The notes below the pieces were generated by a model, which was not told the DNA's origin, ran no database searches, and was given only the letters and a program-made list of their open reading frames with translations. From Azolla caroliniana (lineage: Eukaryota; Plantae; Polypodiophyta), in NCBI GenBank assembly GCA_043228905.1, contig JBHGNT010000004.1, positions 3,472,001 through 3,536,000 of the forward strand: a DNA stretch of 64,000 bases, given 5' to 3'. A program made the position numbers and the translations under genes. Numbering within the stretch: position 1 is the first letter of the stretch; the number at the start of each line of letters is the position of its first letter. This document shows positions 23,108 to 37,331 of this stretch, in pieces.

Positions 23108-25816
23108 GAAGGAAAAAAAGACTAGTATTAGGTCTAGAAAAAGAAGTTATTGGCTTAAAAACATTCTCAAGAATCAAGTTCATACACTGCCACATTTTCT
23201 TAGACGTTTGATTATGCAATATAATACTCATAATTTAATTTTTGGCTTCGTTCATAGTTTCTATCATGATATTCTTCACATTTAATGCCCGTTTGAAAAA
23301 GCCAAACATTTTCCTTCCCAAAACAATAAATTTATCACTTTATAAAGATCATCGAAGAAAAGTGACCACATGACATCTTTGAATGTGGTTCAAACTAAAG
23401 AACTTTGTTAAAAATATTTGATGCTTGAATCAAGTAAAAGGGAGTGTATGCTAATTATGTGCTATATTAGAAAATCTCAATAATTCCCTTCTTAACAATC
23501 ACGTATAGTACTTCAATAAGTGAATGTTTTAATTATAGTGTACTGAAGTGAACTACATGTTTCTGACCTGACTTTTTTTGTACACACACAATTGGCAATC
23601 ATACGACCATTTCCTTGAGATTGCAACACACTCTTTCAACCAACTTCGTGATTGTCATGCAAGGAAGTTTTCTGTCTATAGATCCTGATGACAAATGAAA
23701 ATGAAATGAATTATGAGACATAAAAAAACTGAGCAAGCTTAGTAAACTATTACGAATGTTAATATCATGCCAAGGGATGATGATAAAATGGCACACACTT
23801 TTTACGATCACTTGATGGGGGAAACTTTGTTTTTGAATATTTGAGTACCAAAACATGTGAAATGTGCCATACTAATAATTATGCAATACAAGATTTGAGA
23901 GTGAGGTGATTAATAAACTATTCACATGCATTGTGTGTGCATGTCTTCTTTCTCTTTAGCAAATAATGACGATGCCTTCACATTTTTAAAATACTTACAA
24001 GAGAAGACTAGACGTGCTTATGCATCGTTTGATTTTTTGAAATATAATAAATCACCACCATAAACTATCAACTTTTACAATAAGTTTAGAAACTTGATAT
24101 AGATAGGATAGACATATAAATGCATTTATGTATTTATGCATATAGAGAAGTAGTTTCACAATTTCGCATGATGAGCATTTTCACATTCCAACATTTCCTT
24201 GAATGAAAGCGCTTGACGTATTTGTTTGATTCACATAAAGGCCCAACCAATATTGAAATCTAATGCTAGCCAAAACTATCACGATTCACAATTATCAACA
24301 CTTTAACATCACATATACATGGACATGTTAGCTTTTGTCATGACATGAAAAAGTAAAGCTATGTATAGAATCACAACTTTTCTTTTCAAACTACTTCTAG
24401 CATAAGCAAGCCAAACGTAACTCGGAAGAGTGGGACAATGTCTGGAAAAAAACTTAGGTTGTAGGGACAAGGTTTTTACATTCACACGTCAATATAATTT
24501 CATATTATGTCATATGGGTCCTATCCAATGGCACAATGTCTGACAAGATGTGCATTTTCGATAAACAACTTAACTTTTCATCAATCCTAAACTCTCGTTG
24601 TTCACATTTGTGCATTTGACCTTGTTCCAAATTCCAATATACACTTGTCAATATTTCACTAAAAAATGACAAAGCAATTTTATTTTCCTAGCTAATTGCA
24701 TTTGAATTAAATAATCATTTTTCTTTCTATTTCTTCTTTCTTAAGTCTTTTCTCATCATACCTGTGAATTTGTTTATGGATGATAATAGTGTAAAAGCTG
24801 TATCTTGTGATGCTTAAAATCTAATGAATATGATGTCCAACCTAATGTACTCTCTCCTTCACCCCCCACCCAATAGAGACATAAAAACAACTACAGAAAA
24901 CTCAACGATAAATGACCTTGAAATCTCAATCGTATAGAAGGAGCCATGTGTACTTTGTCTGTCTGTCTCTCTCTCTCTCAATGAAATTACACTATTACAT
25001 TGATAAATATGTGTGAAAATTGCTACAATGGTAACATAATCAATGGTATGATTACTACATAGGTAATAATTCATGTTGAATCATCAATGCGCTAGATGAA
25101 CACACCATGTTGTTTTCTTTCTCGCTAGCTTGTTCATCGTACCCAATCTCTTGTGGAAGTTGATAATATATATCTACCTTTTCGTGTGTCTATGTGTGAC
25201 TTTGCTTATAGATTTGAGATTATAGTTTAAAATTTAAATGATGAAAACAGAATAATGAAGCTCAAGGTTCAATTTTTTATAAATGGATAAACAGAATAAC
25301 TCTATATAACTCAAATCCTTATCCCTGCATGCACACATGAATCGCATTGTTCAATGTTCAAATATATATTGATGATGAGTAAAGGATTGAGAACATGAAC
25401 ATGTATGTGCATGAACGTAAGCCATATTTGTGGCACTGCACTTAAGGTAAAATCAAATAGTTGCTAATGAACACATAACTACCTGCATGCATGCCATTTC
25501 GCTGCATTGTCATTTAGTGAATGTCATATATGTATATATATATTTTAATTTGTTGTCTTTTAACATAGCACATTTTGTTCTAGAGGTCAATAAGCATAAT
25601 GTATATTCAGTATCATGCAATGTTGTCTTTGTTTTGTCAATGAGAGAGACATTATTTGTCATAGTAGGCCAAAAAGCATGCATGTATTAACTTACATGTG
25701 ATGTCTTTTTTCTTTTGTTGGGGAGAGAGATCTTGATGTTTGTAACTTGGTTAGGGTGTTTATGTGTGTCCTTGTGAGAGTAGACCTCAATGGTTGTAAC
25801 TCCCTTGATAAGGGGG

Positions 25817-25856
<40 letters not shown>

Positions 25857-25979
25857 TTCTTCGAGTATAGACAATTTATGAAAAACATCAAGGATAAGAA
25901 GAGGCATATATATATATATAGAGAGAGAGGTGTCACTTCAAGCATAGACAATTTATGACAAACATCAATTGGGAAAACA

Positions 25980-26031
<52 letters not shown>

Positions 26032-26924
26032 ACATGTTTATGTTTAGAGAGAAAGATTAGTGTTGGTAGACAAAACATGCATTTGTGTGGAGAGAAAGAT
26101 GCCTAAGTATGTTGAAGTAGGGAGAATGATGTACATGTACGTATTTGTTTGGAGTGAACTCCATAAGAAAAGAAAAACGTAGTGGAAGGGAAAATGTCCT
26201 AAAACTATGGCCACTTTCAATCACAATTGATGCTAGTGATCACAAAAACGAGCAAAGCGGTTTAGGAGAGAATGATCAAAGGTTATGTTCTAAAGGGTGT
26301 TAAGTGAAGAGGTGTAAGTGCCATCGTGAATGGAGAGGCTCCTTTAGTTTTGTAGGCAAAGCATTTGGTTCGTCAACTGATCAGTAGATGAGATATACAT
26401 ATATATGTATATTGAAGCAAAAGGCCATATATTTGACCAAAACAATTAAGTAAAGAAATGGGCAGAATGTGATGATAATGTGATTAGTGTTGATATATAT
26501 TTATGTAATAGATATGGAGAGGTGGGAGAGGGCTATTTTTGTAATTTCCCAAAACATAAAATCCATTGAAAATTCAACCAAATGATTTATTTTTATTTTT
26601 ATTTTTATTTCTTATCATTTATCTAATATGTATGTAATTTGGCTTGTTTGATTTTGATTTTGATTTTTAAAAGAAGAGAAGAAAAGAATTTTAAAAAGGA
26701 AAAAGAAAAACAAAAGGAATTTACGTAACGAATAGATCGATCTGTTCTCTGTTTATTAAATTTATTTTGTTTGTTTTTTCTTCGTTGATGCAGTTTTTTT
26801 TTTTTTTCCCTTCTCCAAGCACATTAGACAGACAGAGAAAGACATCGATGCGGAGGAGAAACAGAGAAACAGATGCAGAGAGGTAGATAGATAGATAGAT
26901 AGATAGAGAGAAAACGGTTCATTA

Positions 26925-27010
26925 TAATCCTAATCCTAACCCTAACCCTAACCCTAACCCTAACCCTAACCCTAACCCTGGCCCTGACCCTGATCCTGAC
27001 CGTAGCCCTA
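26925..27010 (+). repeat. Interstitial telomere-like (TAACCC)n tract
   Basis: Seven perfect TAACCC units at 26937-26978 with degenerate units on each side, about 300 bp upstream of the KH gene ATG. Confidence 0.85.
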
Positions 27011-27295
27011 AGCCTGAGCAGCATTGGTTGCTGATTGCACTCAATTACTCTGCTAACGAAGAAAACCTCGAATTCAAGGGGCTTGGAATTTTTTAATACC
27101 AAGAAGACAAAGAAAGAGAGAAGGAAATGGAGAAAGGAATGAATAAAGAAGGATGAATGTGAATGTAGGATCTATAGCTTCATATGAAAGCACAGGAGAA
27201 AAGACCACATTGAGGCATTGATCATTTCTGTCTACAGAAAAATTAATAGACACATACATTTGATTTATTACATTGTTTTATCAATTGATTGCGGC

Positions 27296-30200
27296 ATGGA
27301 ATCCTTGAGCATAGCCGAAGCCGATTCTTCTTCGGAATCTCTTCCCTCTAATGAAGTTCCTTCTAATTCATCCGTAGGTATGCAATACAGGACTGAATGT
27401 TACTTTTTTATTTTATTTTTTGTATACTAAAATTTTAAACTTTGTTCTTTCTCTGTTGCAGTGTCATGAGACTTTAATATAAATATTAGAGAAAAAACAA
27501 TGCATTGGAATTGGCATCCTTGCTAACCTTTTGGAATAAATTATGTTGTGATTTAAGGGAAAAACCTATTGAATTTTTCTTTTATATTAGTTTCTGAATT
27601 ACACTTGTCATGAATTGATAGAAAGGATTCAATATATTTCTCCATGTGAAAGTAACAATCAGCCAAGTTATTCAGTTCCTTGAAAAATTTCATATCTGTA
27701 AAGCTTTTGGTTTCGAAAACATTGGATTTGGTGTCCTGTATGGTTTTCCATTCCATTTTTTGCAGATGTTTGATATAAAGATTTTGCAAGATAAACAAAA
27801 ACTATTGAAATTTGCATCCATGTTCTGGTTTTTATTTATTTGGCGACTAGTTTTGTAAAAACCTCTTGTGTTTTATATAAAAATTTTGGGAAGAAAAAAC
27901 TGCAAATTTTTGAACCGATTGTTTGCAAATCATTGGCATGTTGCTCTGAATAATTGAGTCGTTTATGATGATTTGTAACCACATATTTGTCCGCAGTCAT
28001 ATGATACATATCCTTAATGTAGAAGTATCATAATTCCTTAATTGTATATGTTTTTGGCAAATGAGGAACCATTATATTTGACATGATGCTATACATTATC
28101 CATTAACATTCACATATCATGTAGCCTCACTGGATTTGTGCAAATCTGTTTATTCTGTGTGTATGTGTGATGTTTTCGTTTGTTTTGGCAGAGTTTGGAA
28201 GCAATCAAATATCCTACCTTCGGTTTTTAATTTCCAATGCTGGAGCTGGTTCAGTGATAGGAAAGGGTGGAGCCACCATCAGTGAATTCCAATCACAATC
28301 TGGTGCTAGAATTCAACTCTCCCGAAACCATGAATATTTTCCAGGAACACCTGATCGTATTATAATGTTAAGTGGCACAATAGGAGAAATTTTGTCAGCT
28401 TTTGAGTTTATCCTCACCAAAATCTACAATGAAGTATGAAAAATTTCTCTTTTACGCTTAACTACAGTTTTTCCTTTATTTGTTTATTTATTCATAATAC
28501 TTTGAAAGATGTAACCCAATTACTCTCATTGAGGTGTCTATGATATGAAAGATTTATAATTTAGTATTTATCTCTCAGAAGCCATCATGATCTTTTAGAG
28601 ATGTTATATTTTTTTCTCTTCTCGAAAACATTGATGATTCAAACATGTTAATTGACAGGCTGAGGAGTTGAAGCCAAAATCCAATCAAGTCAAATTGGTC
28701 GTCCCTCATGTTGTTTGTGGAGCTATCATAGGCAAGGGAGGTTCAACTATCAGGTAATTATGAACAAATTTATTTTCTGGTGGATACATAACACATGCCT
28801 TTGTTTTCTTCACACCTTATACATCATTTGAATTCTTCATTCCCTCAATGTACATGTTAAATACTCCTGGTTTGATTGGAGAAAATGGATTTAGGACTGC
28901 ATACATTGTTGATCACTAAAATGATTCATTCAACCTATAAAATGGTAATTGTTTATGGGTTCAATAATACGGGGACGAGACAAATAAGAGAAATATTGAC
29001 ATGTAGTAGCGCTGGACAACTATCTATAATTGTTCAAAGATTTTCTGGTCTTTTTTGTATTAACTAGGCTACTTAGTGGAAACAATCCAAATGCAAGTCA
29101 CATAAACAATTATAGGGAGGTGGAAAACCCAAGAAGAGAACTTTGATTCATCCAAACATACTGATGAGAAAGGCCATCAGAAGGCCTCTATTCTCTATCT
29201 TTCGAGTGGTGACCTGCTGATAGGTGAGCTGGAAATTGAAGTTCTGGTGAATGACAGGCATAACTAATAACGGCCTTAAGCTTCTGATTATTTGCTTTAA
29301 GTTCCATCCTACGTGAAAGGCATAATGAGGTAGATATGTACTAGGGGTTGTCCACCTATCCAAGATAGATACGGTCCTGTATTTTATGTGATCAGACTCC
29401 AGAGCTACTTCAAGCCTCATAATTATTAGTCAACCCTCTTTTGTTGTAAAGGCATGCATAGTACTTGTAGAATGACCATTTCTTACATTTTCTCCAAATA
29501 AAAACAGGAATTTTGTTAAGGAGTCAAATGCAACAATCAAGCTATCATCCCCAGGAGATTTGGTTCCTGGCATCCGGGATCGCCTTGTTACTGTTGCTGG
29601 TTCTTTGACAGAACAGGTCAATGCTGTTGCCCTCATTGTAAAGAAGATTTCAGAAGATGCAAACTATCTGCAATATGCTTCAGCACCTTCCATGTATACA
29701 GGCGAGTCAAACAGTAAATTTATAAAATAAAAATTGTTCACTTCATGGAGATCTTGATGTCATCCCACCAAAATAATTTTCTATTGACCACATTCCATGT
29801 GTATCTATGCACGTTGAACCCACCTAAAATATTCTAGGTTCTACAAATTCATGTAGGTAAAAGTTTTTGGGGATTGTCACAGCGCTTTCAAGGACCATAT
29901 ACTGCTATTGCCCCAATTCAACCCTTTACTTATGGGACCAGTCCTTACAATGCTTATCCAATCAAGGTGAACATGCCAAAATGCACGGATGAAAATATAG
30001 TTGTTCATGGATGTTTAATTTAGTGGATGTACATTTGCGTAGGGTATGATGAATCCTTTTATCCCTGTACATGGTGCCCCTCTTCAAGTAAGAATGCCGA
30101 TTGTTACCACAAACTCTCCTAACACATACATGGTGATGGGTGTTCGAGATGAGTGGATAGGGGCTATTGTCGGCCGTGGAGGGAAAACCATATCAGATAT

Positions 30201-30881
30201 TCAACAGGTTGAGTTCATTCTCTACTATATATGCATCATTGTCATCTCTATTATATGTATTTCCTTACCATATCTAACCTTATCATCCATGTGCTTTATG
30301 CATCTTTATTATGTATACCCTGTATGCATCACTGTAACCATATATGCGTCCTTATTATTTGTACCATGTATGCATCTTTATTATGTCTGTACTGTATATG
30401 TATCCTTATACTGTTTTTCTGTATATACGTATTCTTACCATGTCCACAACACATGCTTCTTTGTAATAAATCATTTTATGGGACCATTTATTTGAATACA
30501 GATGAGTGGTGTTCATATTAAAATATCTGACCAGGGAGATTACTTACCGGGAACAACTGAACGGTATGAACATTTGGTTTTTCATTTCAAAAAGTGTCTA
30601 TTGCAAATACTTTTCAATGTTACATCACAAGCTTATAAAAAAATTCATATAATCGCCTGGTTGGCTTAGGAACACCTAATGGAAGAACCGATGAAGAGAT
30701 TTAAAAGAATTTCTTTGTTGATGTTTGAATATGATTTTTCTTGATAAAGCTTTGAGGTTAGCTTCTTCTGTTTGGATTCAGCAAAATAACTATTACTGGA
30801 AGCCTAGATAATATATATGCTGCACAGCAGATCATACTACAGAAGATCAACCAAAGTTCGTTGGCTGATTATAAAAGATAA
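27296..30881 (+). CDS. BTR1: Triple-KH-domain RNA-binding protein, BTR1/NOVA-like, about 349 aa, 8 exons
   Basis: Exons 27296-27377, 28192-28433, 28659-28753, 29508-29701, 29857-29966, 30043-30207, 30502-30563 and 30782-30881 splice in frame (1050 nt). Three GxxG loops (IGKGG, IGKGG, VGRGG). [44 protein letters not shown] closely resembles plant BTR1 as I recall it. Intron 4 has a GC donor. Confidence 0.9.
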
Positions 30882-32400
30882 GTTCATTTTAGGATTCTTG
30901 ATGGAAAGAAAACACTATGAGAAAGATGTCACTTGTGTGCATGTCCTGCAAACAAACGAGCAAGCAAGATCGATTAGTGCAAAGCTATTTCTTTTACATT
31001 CTTGTAAAAGAAAATGATGTCTACCACATAACTACAATTTTCACTTCCTGATAGCTTGATGTGATTCTATGTTTCCTCCTTTTTCCGGAGCAAGCTCAAG
31101 GAACAACAATTTTCGGCAGAAAGGAAAGAAAAAAACAAAGGTTTCATTAATCATTATACTCAAAAGACTCAAAGGTTCTCATTATACTCAAAAGTAATAT
31201 ATATAATAATATATGTATATCATGCCTTTCGATGAGTGCCTGTTTTGCTCCAATAAAGGCAAGAGCCCCCTATAGGGATGATATTAAAAGGGGTCATCTA
31301 TTAGGAATTTGAATCCTTTGTAAACACTTTTGTACAATGGTGCCTTGTATCATGTGAGATTTTCTCCCCCCCCTTTGTCTTAGAGTCCTATTTTCTCCAC
31401 CATAAACATTTTTTCTATCATGTAATGGATCAACATATTGACATCATATACTACATGTTTATGGCACTTGATAGACATATTTATTTGATCATTGATGAAT
31501 ATGATGGATCATTGCACTAAGTTCGATTAATTTGGTAAAAATGAGAAAGAAACGGCACCATTGACAAACTATGATATTTTCAAATAAATGAGATTGTGAT
31601 CTAATATTATGCTTCTCATGCAATGAGGCATGCATGCACCCATCCAAACAAATTCTTTTATTTTTTTTTATAAAACTGAATATTCAGGGCTATGTTGAGG
31701 TTGATTTTGGCCACATGAATATTCAGGGCTATGTTTAGGTTAATGGAACTTTGAATCAGAGTTACCTTTTCCTGTCCTCAACAAGGCATTTCTGATCACG
31801 AAATAACTCCCATGTCATTGTACAATATTTGACCGTATAAGTGAAGACATTGAACGTGCAGTGCAGTCTTTTACCAATGAAGATTTACAATTTACAAGTG
31901 TTTGTGGTAAACAATATTGAATTGGTAAACAAAGATAGGAAAGATCTTTAATCAAGATGCCTTCATGCCAACATAATGTATAGAAAATTCGTTTAACATA
32001 CCATTAAATTTTCACTTTTTGTGTATCATAATATGAGTGCCTAATGTTAAGATATGCTGCAATTAGAGATCCGACCTTCGTTTTGTTCCTCATAATGTAG
32101 TGTGGTTTTCAGCATCAAGATGTTGCAAAAAATCAACCATAAATAGTTTTCTTTGGTGAATCAGAGCATTTTGTTTTCGTAGTCTTTAAAGGAGAAGGAG
32201 GTTAAATTCTAGTTCTGTCTAAAAGGCTGAGCATTCTTTTGCCATTTTGCAAAAAGAAAGTACAAAAAGTTGGAGAATAGACGAAACAAACCTGTCACAA
32301 TTCAATGATTTTTTGTTACTTATTTACAATGTAAACATACATTTAAGGGTACATATATGAGCTTCAGTTTATTGTTGTACAGCAAGGCTTTTAATGAGAT

Positions 32401-33642
32401 TTAATTCACAATGAAGAATGCAGTCAAAATAAAGAGGAGATGCATCAGATTCAACAATATAGAAGAGGGCACACATGTAAAAGCTCTACTCATGATCAGA
32501 ACATTGTCATCTGATTGGCTTAACACCATACTATCGTTGTAGTCGGGATCAAATGTGTGGACAAATGTTGTAAATTGCCATTGATTCACCTCTCCAACAC
32601 ACCATTGCTGAAAGCGAAGAACCCAACAAAGCGAGAGACCGGTAGAGGTTGTGTCAAATTAGGGAAAGGATGGATAACGCTCATGGAGTTATATAAATGA
32701 GGCCCTGATCGTGAATTCCATGATGCCCCAAACTCCGTTACAGTCTGCGGACATGTGGTGTCGCGATCAGTGCTTTCAGACGGGTCACAGCCTTCGGACT
32801 GCGGTGGTGCTACGTATTGGAGCTCCCCGGTGAGATATCGGAGATCATGACTGGGATTGGACACTTCCTCCTCCAAACTCACTTTGTAGTCGAAGAAAAA
32901 GAGCCCGGGCTCACCAACAATATTCCGCACATACTCAATTGTCGATGCGCCAGAGCTCACTGTTGTGTAGTTAATGACCACACACAAGTAGGTGCTACTC
33001 GATTTGTTCACATCCGCGTAACCTCCGCTTGACGATGAAGTGTTGATACTATCTCCGAATTGTGGCCGACGTGAGGCAAGGTCAATTATTGTAGCTAGTC
33101 GATCCTCAAGCTTCTGCTACGATGAGCTAGAACCCATGGTAGGCTCTAAGTCTGGATCAATGATGATGAAACCGAGTGCACCGGATGACGTTTTTGTTGT
33201 GAAATTGAAGGTAGTGTCAAAGGAGCCCATGTTAGGGTCGCTAGAATTGAAGGTATTGTAAGGGAAGAGGCCGTACACGAAGTCCGTATTTCTGCTATCA
33301 AGAGTGAGCTTCCCGTTCGACAGGGAAACCCCAGTACTCGATGCATTTGCCATATTGCCTGGAGATGGAAGGCCTCCCAAGCTCTTGTGATCTGGAGGCA
33401 TTGAAGTATATGATTCAGATGCTGGGATATGCCATACTCCAGTACAGGGAAACCCCAGTACTCGATGCATTTGCCATATTGGCTGGAGATGGAAGGCCTC
33501 CCAAGCTCTTGTGATCTGGAGGCATTGAAGTATATGATTCAGATGCTGGGATATGCCATATCTGCAATATTATGAGCAATATCACCACTGCAATATAATT
33601 GCTGGTCATGATGACAGTGCCAAACACATCCATGGAATTCAT
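32401..33642 (-). pseudogene. Lectin-like secreted protein subtype A, copy A1 (pseudogene)
   Basis: Collinear with intact A2 (49263-50354). Disabled by a 124-bp-period tandem duplication (33321/33445), an in-frame TAG at 33117-33119 and a frameshift near 32590. Confidence 0.9.
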
Positions 33643-34231
33643 GAATCTTAATGCAGATCTATCTATCTAGAGCTCTCTTTCACTCTCAAAATCACCAGTT
33701 TCTAGAAATTGATCTGATGCATTTCCAATATAATGCAATGTCAAACTACAACAGATGCAAAGCAAGGTCAAACAATAGAGGTAATTTACAATACAACATT
33801 TCCAATACCATACAGTACAATGCAACCTCAAGCTACGTTGAATACAATAGCTTCAAGACCAAGCAGAGTGTTCTGTAAAATGGGGACTCTTGACAGGGTT
33901 TCAAGTGGAAAGTGTTCGATTTGGTAACATAGGTGTACATAGATTGTAATTGTGGAGGTGAAGAAGTCAATGGTGTTAGCGTGTCAGAATGATTTGATGA
34001 GATTTGGTACTCCCTCACTCTCCTTCGCCCTTGCAGATAAAAGGTTATGAACTTTAGGAAAGGAAGTGGCATTTCTGGGTGTGGCCCCAATAACATTAAT
34101 GATCACAAGCTATGGAAAAGGCCTCCTCCCTCATCAGAAGTTCACACTCACTCTTCCAATGCAAAAATTCAAAGAAAGTCACAAAGAGACTTATTATATC
34201 ATTACAACTCATGTCAGAGAGAGAGAGAGAG
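33643..34231. promoter_or_regulatory. Putative bidirectional promoter between A1 and B1
   Basis: Short head-to-head spacer. Blocks such as GATCTGATGCATTTCCAAT, GCAAGGTCAAACAATA and GTCAATGGTGTTAGCGTGTCAGAATG recur at 38590-39188, 42890-43469 and 50355-50874. Confidence 0.6.
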
Positions 34232-35197
34232 ATGAGATTCATGGACTCCATGTATGAGCTTATGATCATAAGCAGATGGAGGAGGATTGTGGCAATGATG
34301 ATGCTTTTGTAGATGTGGCCTTACAATAATTCTGCAGCAGTTACAGTCCCTATAGACAGCATAGGAGGCCTTCCATCACAAATCATGTCGAATTCATCGA
34401 GCAACGGGGTCAATCTGTCGAATGGGAAGCTCACCCTCAACAGCACAAAGGCAAACTTTGTCTATGCCCTGTTCCCTTACATCCCCTTCCACAGTAGTGA
34501 GCCATCCATGGGCTCCTTCAACACCTACTTCAATTTCTCCAATGCCTCCTCTGCCGGTGCGCTCGCCTTCATCGCCATCAATCCCGACTCCGACATTATG
34601 AACCTCGAGGATCGATTGCTTGCGATAGCCAATCTCGACTATGTCACTTATAACACTACCGACAAGAACCATAGCAACTACTTGACGGTGGTGTACAACT
34701 TCACGGCCGCGACACCTCCGCTGAAATCGGGATCTGTTGCCTTGGGTATAAGAGATGATCCTGTCTACGTGGTCCGCAACACTTACAGTGTGGGCGATCG
34801 ACAGGCCCGAGGATTCAGCGGTCAGTTCCAGTACATAAACCCGGCCTCACTATCGACGGCCCCACGGGGGCAAGTCCTAAACAATACCGACACCGTGTGC
34901 CCAGCAAATTCTCTAGAGTTTGGGGTTTACTACATGCCGTCCGGATATGAGATCTTTAGTGCTTCGAATCCGCATTCAAATTTTAGTCTTTCAGTCTCTA
35001 GTTTGGTCGGGTTTTTCGCTTTCTGCGGAGGTGTGTTTGATGTGAGCTTCTGACAATTCACTACCCTTGATACCAACGACAATGTAGTGCTGGGCTCCAC
35101 CGACACCATTCTCATTGCATCATCAGTGTCCAACATTCCCCATCCAAGCTCAATACTCAATTTCATGCTCTCTCTTTTATTGTTCTTCTATATTTGA
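34232..35197 (+). pseudogene. Lectin-like secreted protein subtype B, copy B1 (two nonsense codons)
   Basis: One frame of 322 codons, with TAG at 34310-34312 (CAG in paralogs) and TGA at 35051-35053 (TGG in paralogs). Confidence 0.88.
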
Positions 35198-35866
35198 TAT
35201 AATCATCAATGATAATAAACTCGTGAAGTCACACATGTATGGCTCTTAATGTTATAAAATCCAATCTTTCCTGGTATATAACCCTAAAAATGCCCTGAAT
35301 CTTAATCTTAACAAATCTAATATCTTCATCTATCTGAATCACAATATATTGTGCTATTTAAACCCAGATGAGAATCAAGTGCATAATGAGATGAGACGTT
35401 AGTTAATGGCATGTTTTTATTTAGAAATCATCTTTGTGATTTATCATCAGATTAAACCCAATGTATCCATGTCCTCCGGTGAGATTTATCTCATCAGGTC
35501 ACCTCTTCTATAATTTACTCACTCCAATTCGTTAGAAAGGACTTTGTGGCCCAAATGGTTCTATATGTGGTATAGTGTAGAAATATAGAATTGAGAGAGA
35601 GAGAGAGAGAAAGAGAGAAAATTTATTTGATTTGAATGTGTTATATTCTCTCTACAACCAAGACGCCAAGAGACCATTTGAGGGAGATTATTGTGGTTAT
35701 AAGTGCACCCTATTAATTTATTAATTTGGGGTGTACCTTTTCATGTTACCTATTCCTTTTTCTTTTTATATTCCTTTTCTTTTTTAATTACTTGTATTAA
35801 CTAATTAGTTGTGAATCTTTGTAATCCTAATTCACAACAAACTTCAAATTTGTCCGGAGGGGAGTT

Positions 35867-36324
35867 TGTTGTGGGCATGACCATAATTTATCCCATTGTA
35901 GTTTGTACCATAGTATTCTACACACGACGATAAAAGAGTGAGGGTTAATCGAGAGTGTAAAGAAGGAAGGATTAATGTAATCGTAAGGATTGAGACAATC
36001 CATAATGGCCAAGTGTGAACTTGCCTGGGCGCTTTAGATTTGGCTATAAATATGAGACATTGCTATCCTCATTAGACACATTATTCGACTACGTTGAAAC
36101 TGTGACCTTGTGGTGAGTAGGCTCTTGTGGCTAGCCTGCACCAATACCAAGTACGACTCAATGCCATGGTGGTGGTATAGGATGTTGATCAAGGCTCGGG
36201 TCTATCTCGATCCCTTTGCTTGGGGGTGGTCGGGTGGATTGACACCCTTCTTTCTCTCCCTTTCTCTAATCTATCTATCCTCTATTTCCTTGTCTTATGC
36301 TTACATTATAAATAATCTCTAATA
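35867..36324 (+). mobile_element. LTR remnant preceded by a PPT-like tract, duplicated at 45553-45999
   Basis: GGAGGGGAGTT followed by TGTTGTGGGCATGACC, with TATA-like CTATAAATA. Part of the segmental duplicate of about 35220-36740 and about 45010-46420. Confidence 0.6.
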
Positions 36325-36917
36325 GATCCTTCGATAGGAAATCAACCCATGTACGATTTGTCAATTATACTGTCGTAGAAAATTTTCAATTATAGTGGTT
36401 TGTATAGTTGGGTTTCGTTAGCACTATTTGCACTTGTTATGCCCCTAGATAATGGGGACTCGAGAGGCACAAAAAACACGGTATGGACAAAGAGAATTGG
36501 AACAAAAGGATGATCATTTATATTAGATGGAAGAGAAGCAAGGTTACAACAATCCCAATTTCGGGACAAACAAAAAGATAATGAGGGGCTAGAGAGTATT
36601 CAAGGTTACAATGGGAGAGAGTAGAAATTGTATGGTAGGTAGGAATCATAAAAAAGGAGGAGAGGTGTCAGAACAAAGTAAAATATAGAGTGGTGGAAGA
36701 AAGATATAAAGAGAACAGAAGAATAAAGGAACAAAATGATAAGAGAAGAATGGGTGTATTAAGATAGAATAAGCACAAGAGGAACAAGATACAAGATAGG
36801 CGATGAGGCTTAAGATTGGTGTTGATTTGAATTGATTTGAGAAGACATGCATGTCTCTATTGTTCCTATAGAATAGTCTAGAGATTTTCGTAATGTTCTA
36901 GAATGTTCTAAACCTAG

Positions 36918-37331
36918 TGTAAAAGAATACGTGTGCGGAAGCGTATGCGTAAGACACTGAGTGCACGGTTCCGGAAGTACGATAGTTCGATAAAACACAG
37001 AAATCACAAAGAAGGAGAGGGAGAGAGAGAGAGAGAGAGCAGAAACAAAACTATATTAAAAAATAATTCTCTGTATCCTCTTTGTGTATACTTCGTGCTC
37101 AGTGAGCACCTTTTATACAAGCCCTGACTATTGGGCTGACAGAAGTACTGACAGTACTTGACTGCTCATAAGTGACCATCCTACACTTACTCCCAAAATT
37201 ATTCCTTACGAGGAATAACGTTCTAACGAACTCTCGGTTTACGCACCGTTACAGCCATGTTTTACGTGTGGTTTTACGCACCCAGTCTACGCACTGGGTT
37301 ACGCACCCAATGTTGAACTTGTCTCTCAACA
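36918..37331. mobile_element. Solo LTR, probably nested in an older LTR (36666-37482)
   Basis: TGT...ACA ends with perfect TSD CCTAG at 36913-36917 and 37332-37336. The host has TGTCAGA...TCTGACA termini but no clear TSD. Confidence 0.7.

Noticed and set aside
26824-27102. ORF with a poly-(RV) tract
   Set aside because: It is a translation of the (TAACCC)n and (GATA)n repeats, with no other coding evidence.
30208-30521. Hydrophobic Cys/Tyr-rich ORFs extending KH exon 6
   Set aside because: Intron 6 sequence made of degenerate TATGCATC-type repeats.
34310-35053. Rescue of the B1 stops by U-to-C RNA editing or read-through
   Set aside because: Such editing is organellar, and the second stop is a G>A change that U-to-C editing would not restore to Trp.
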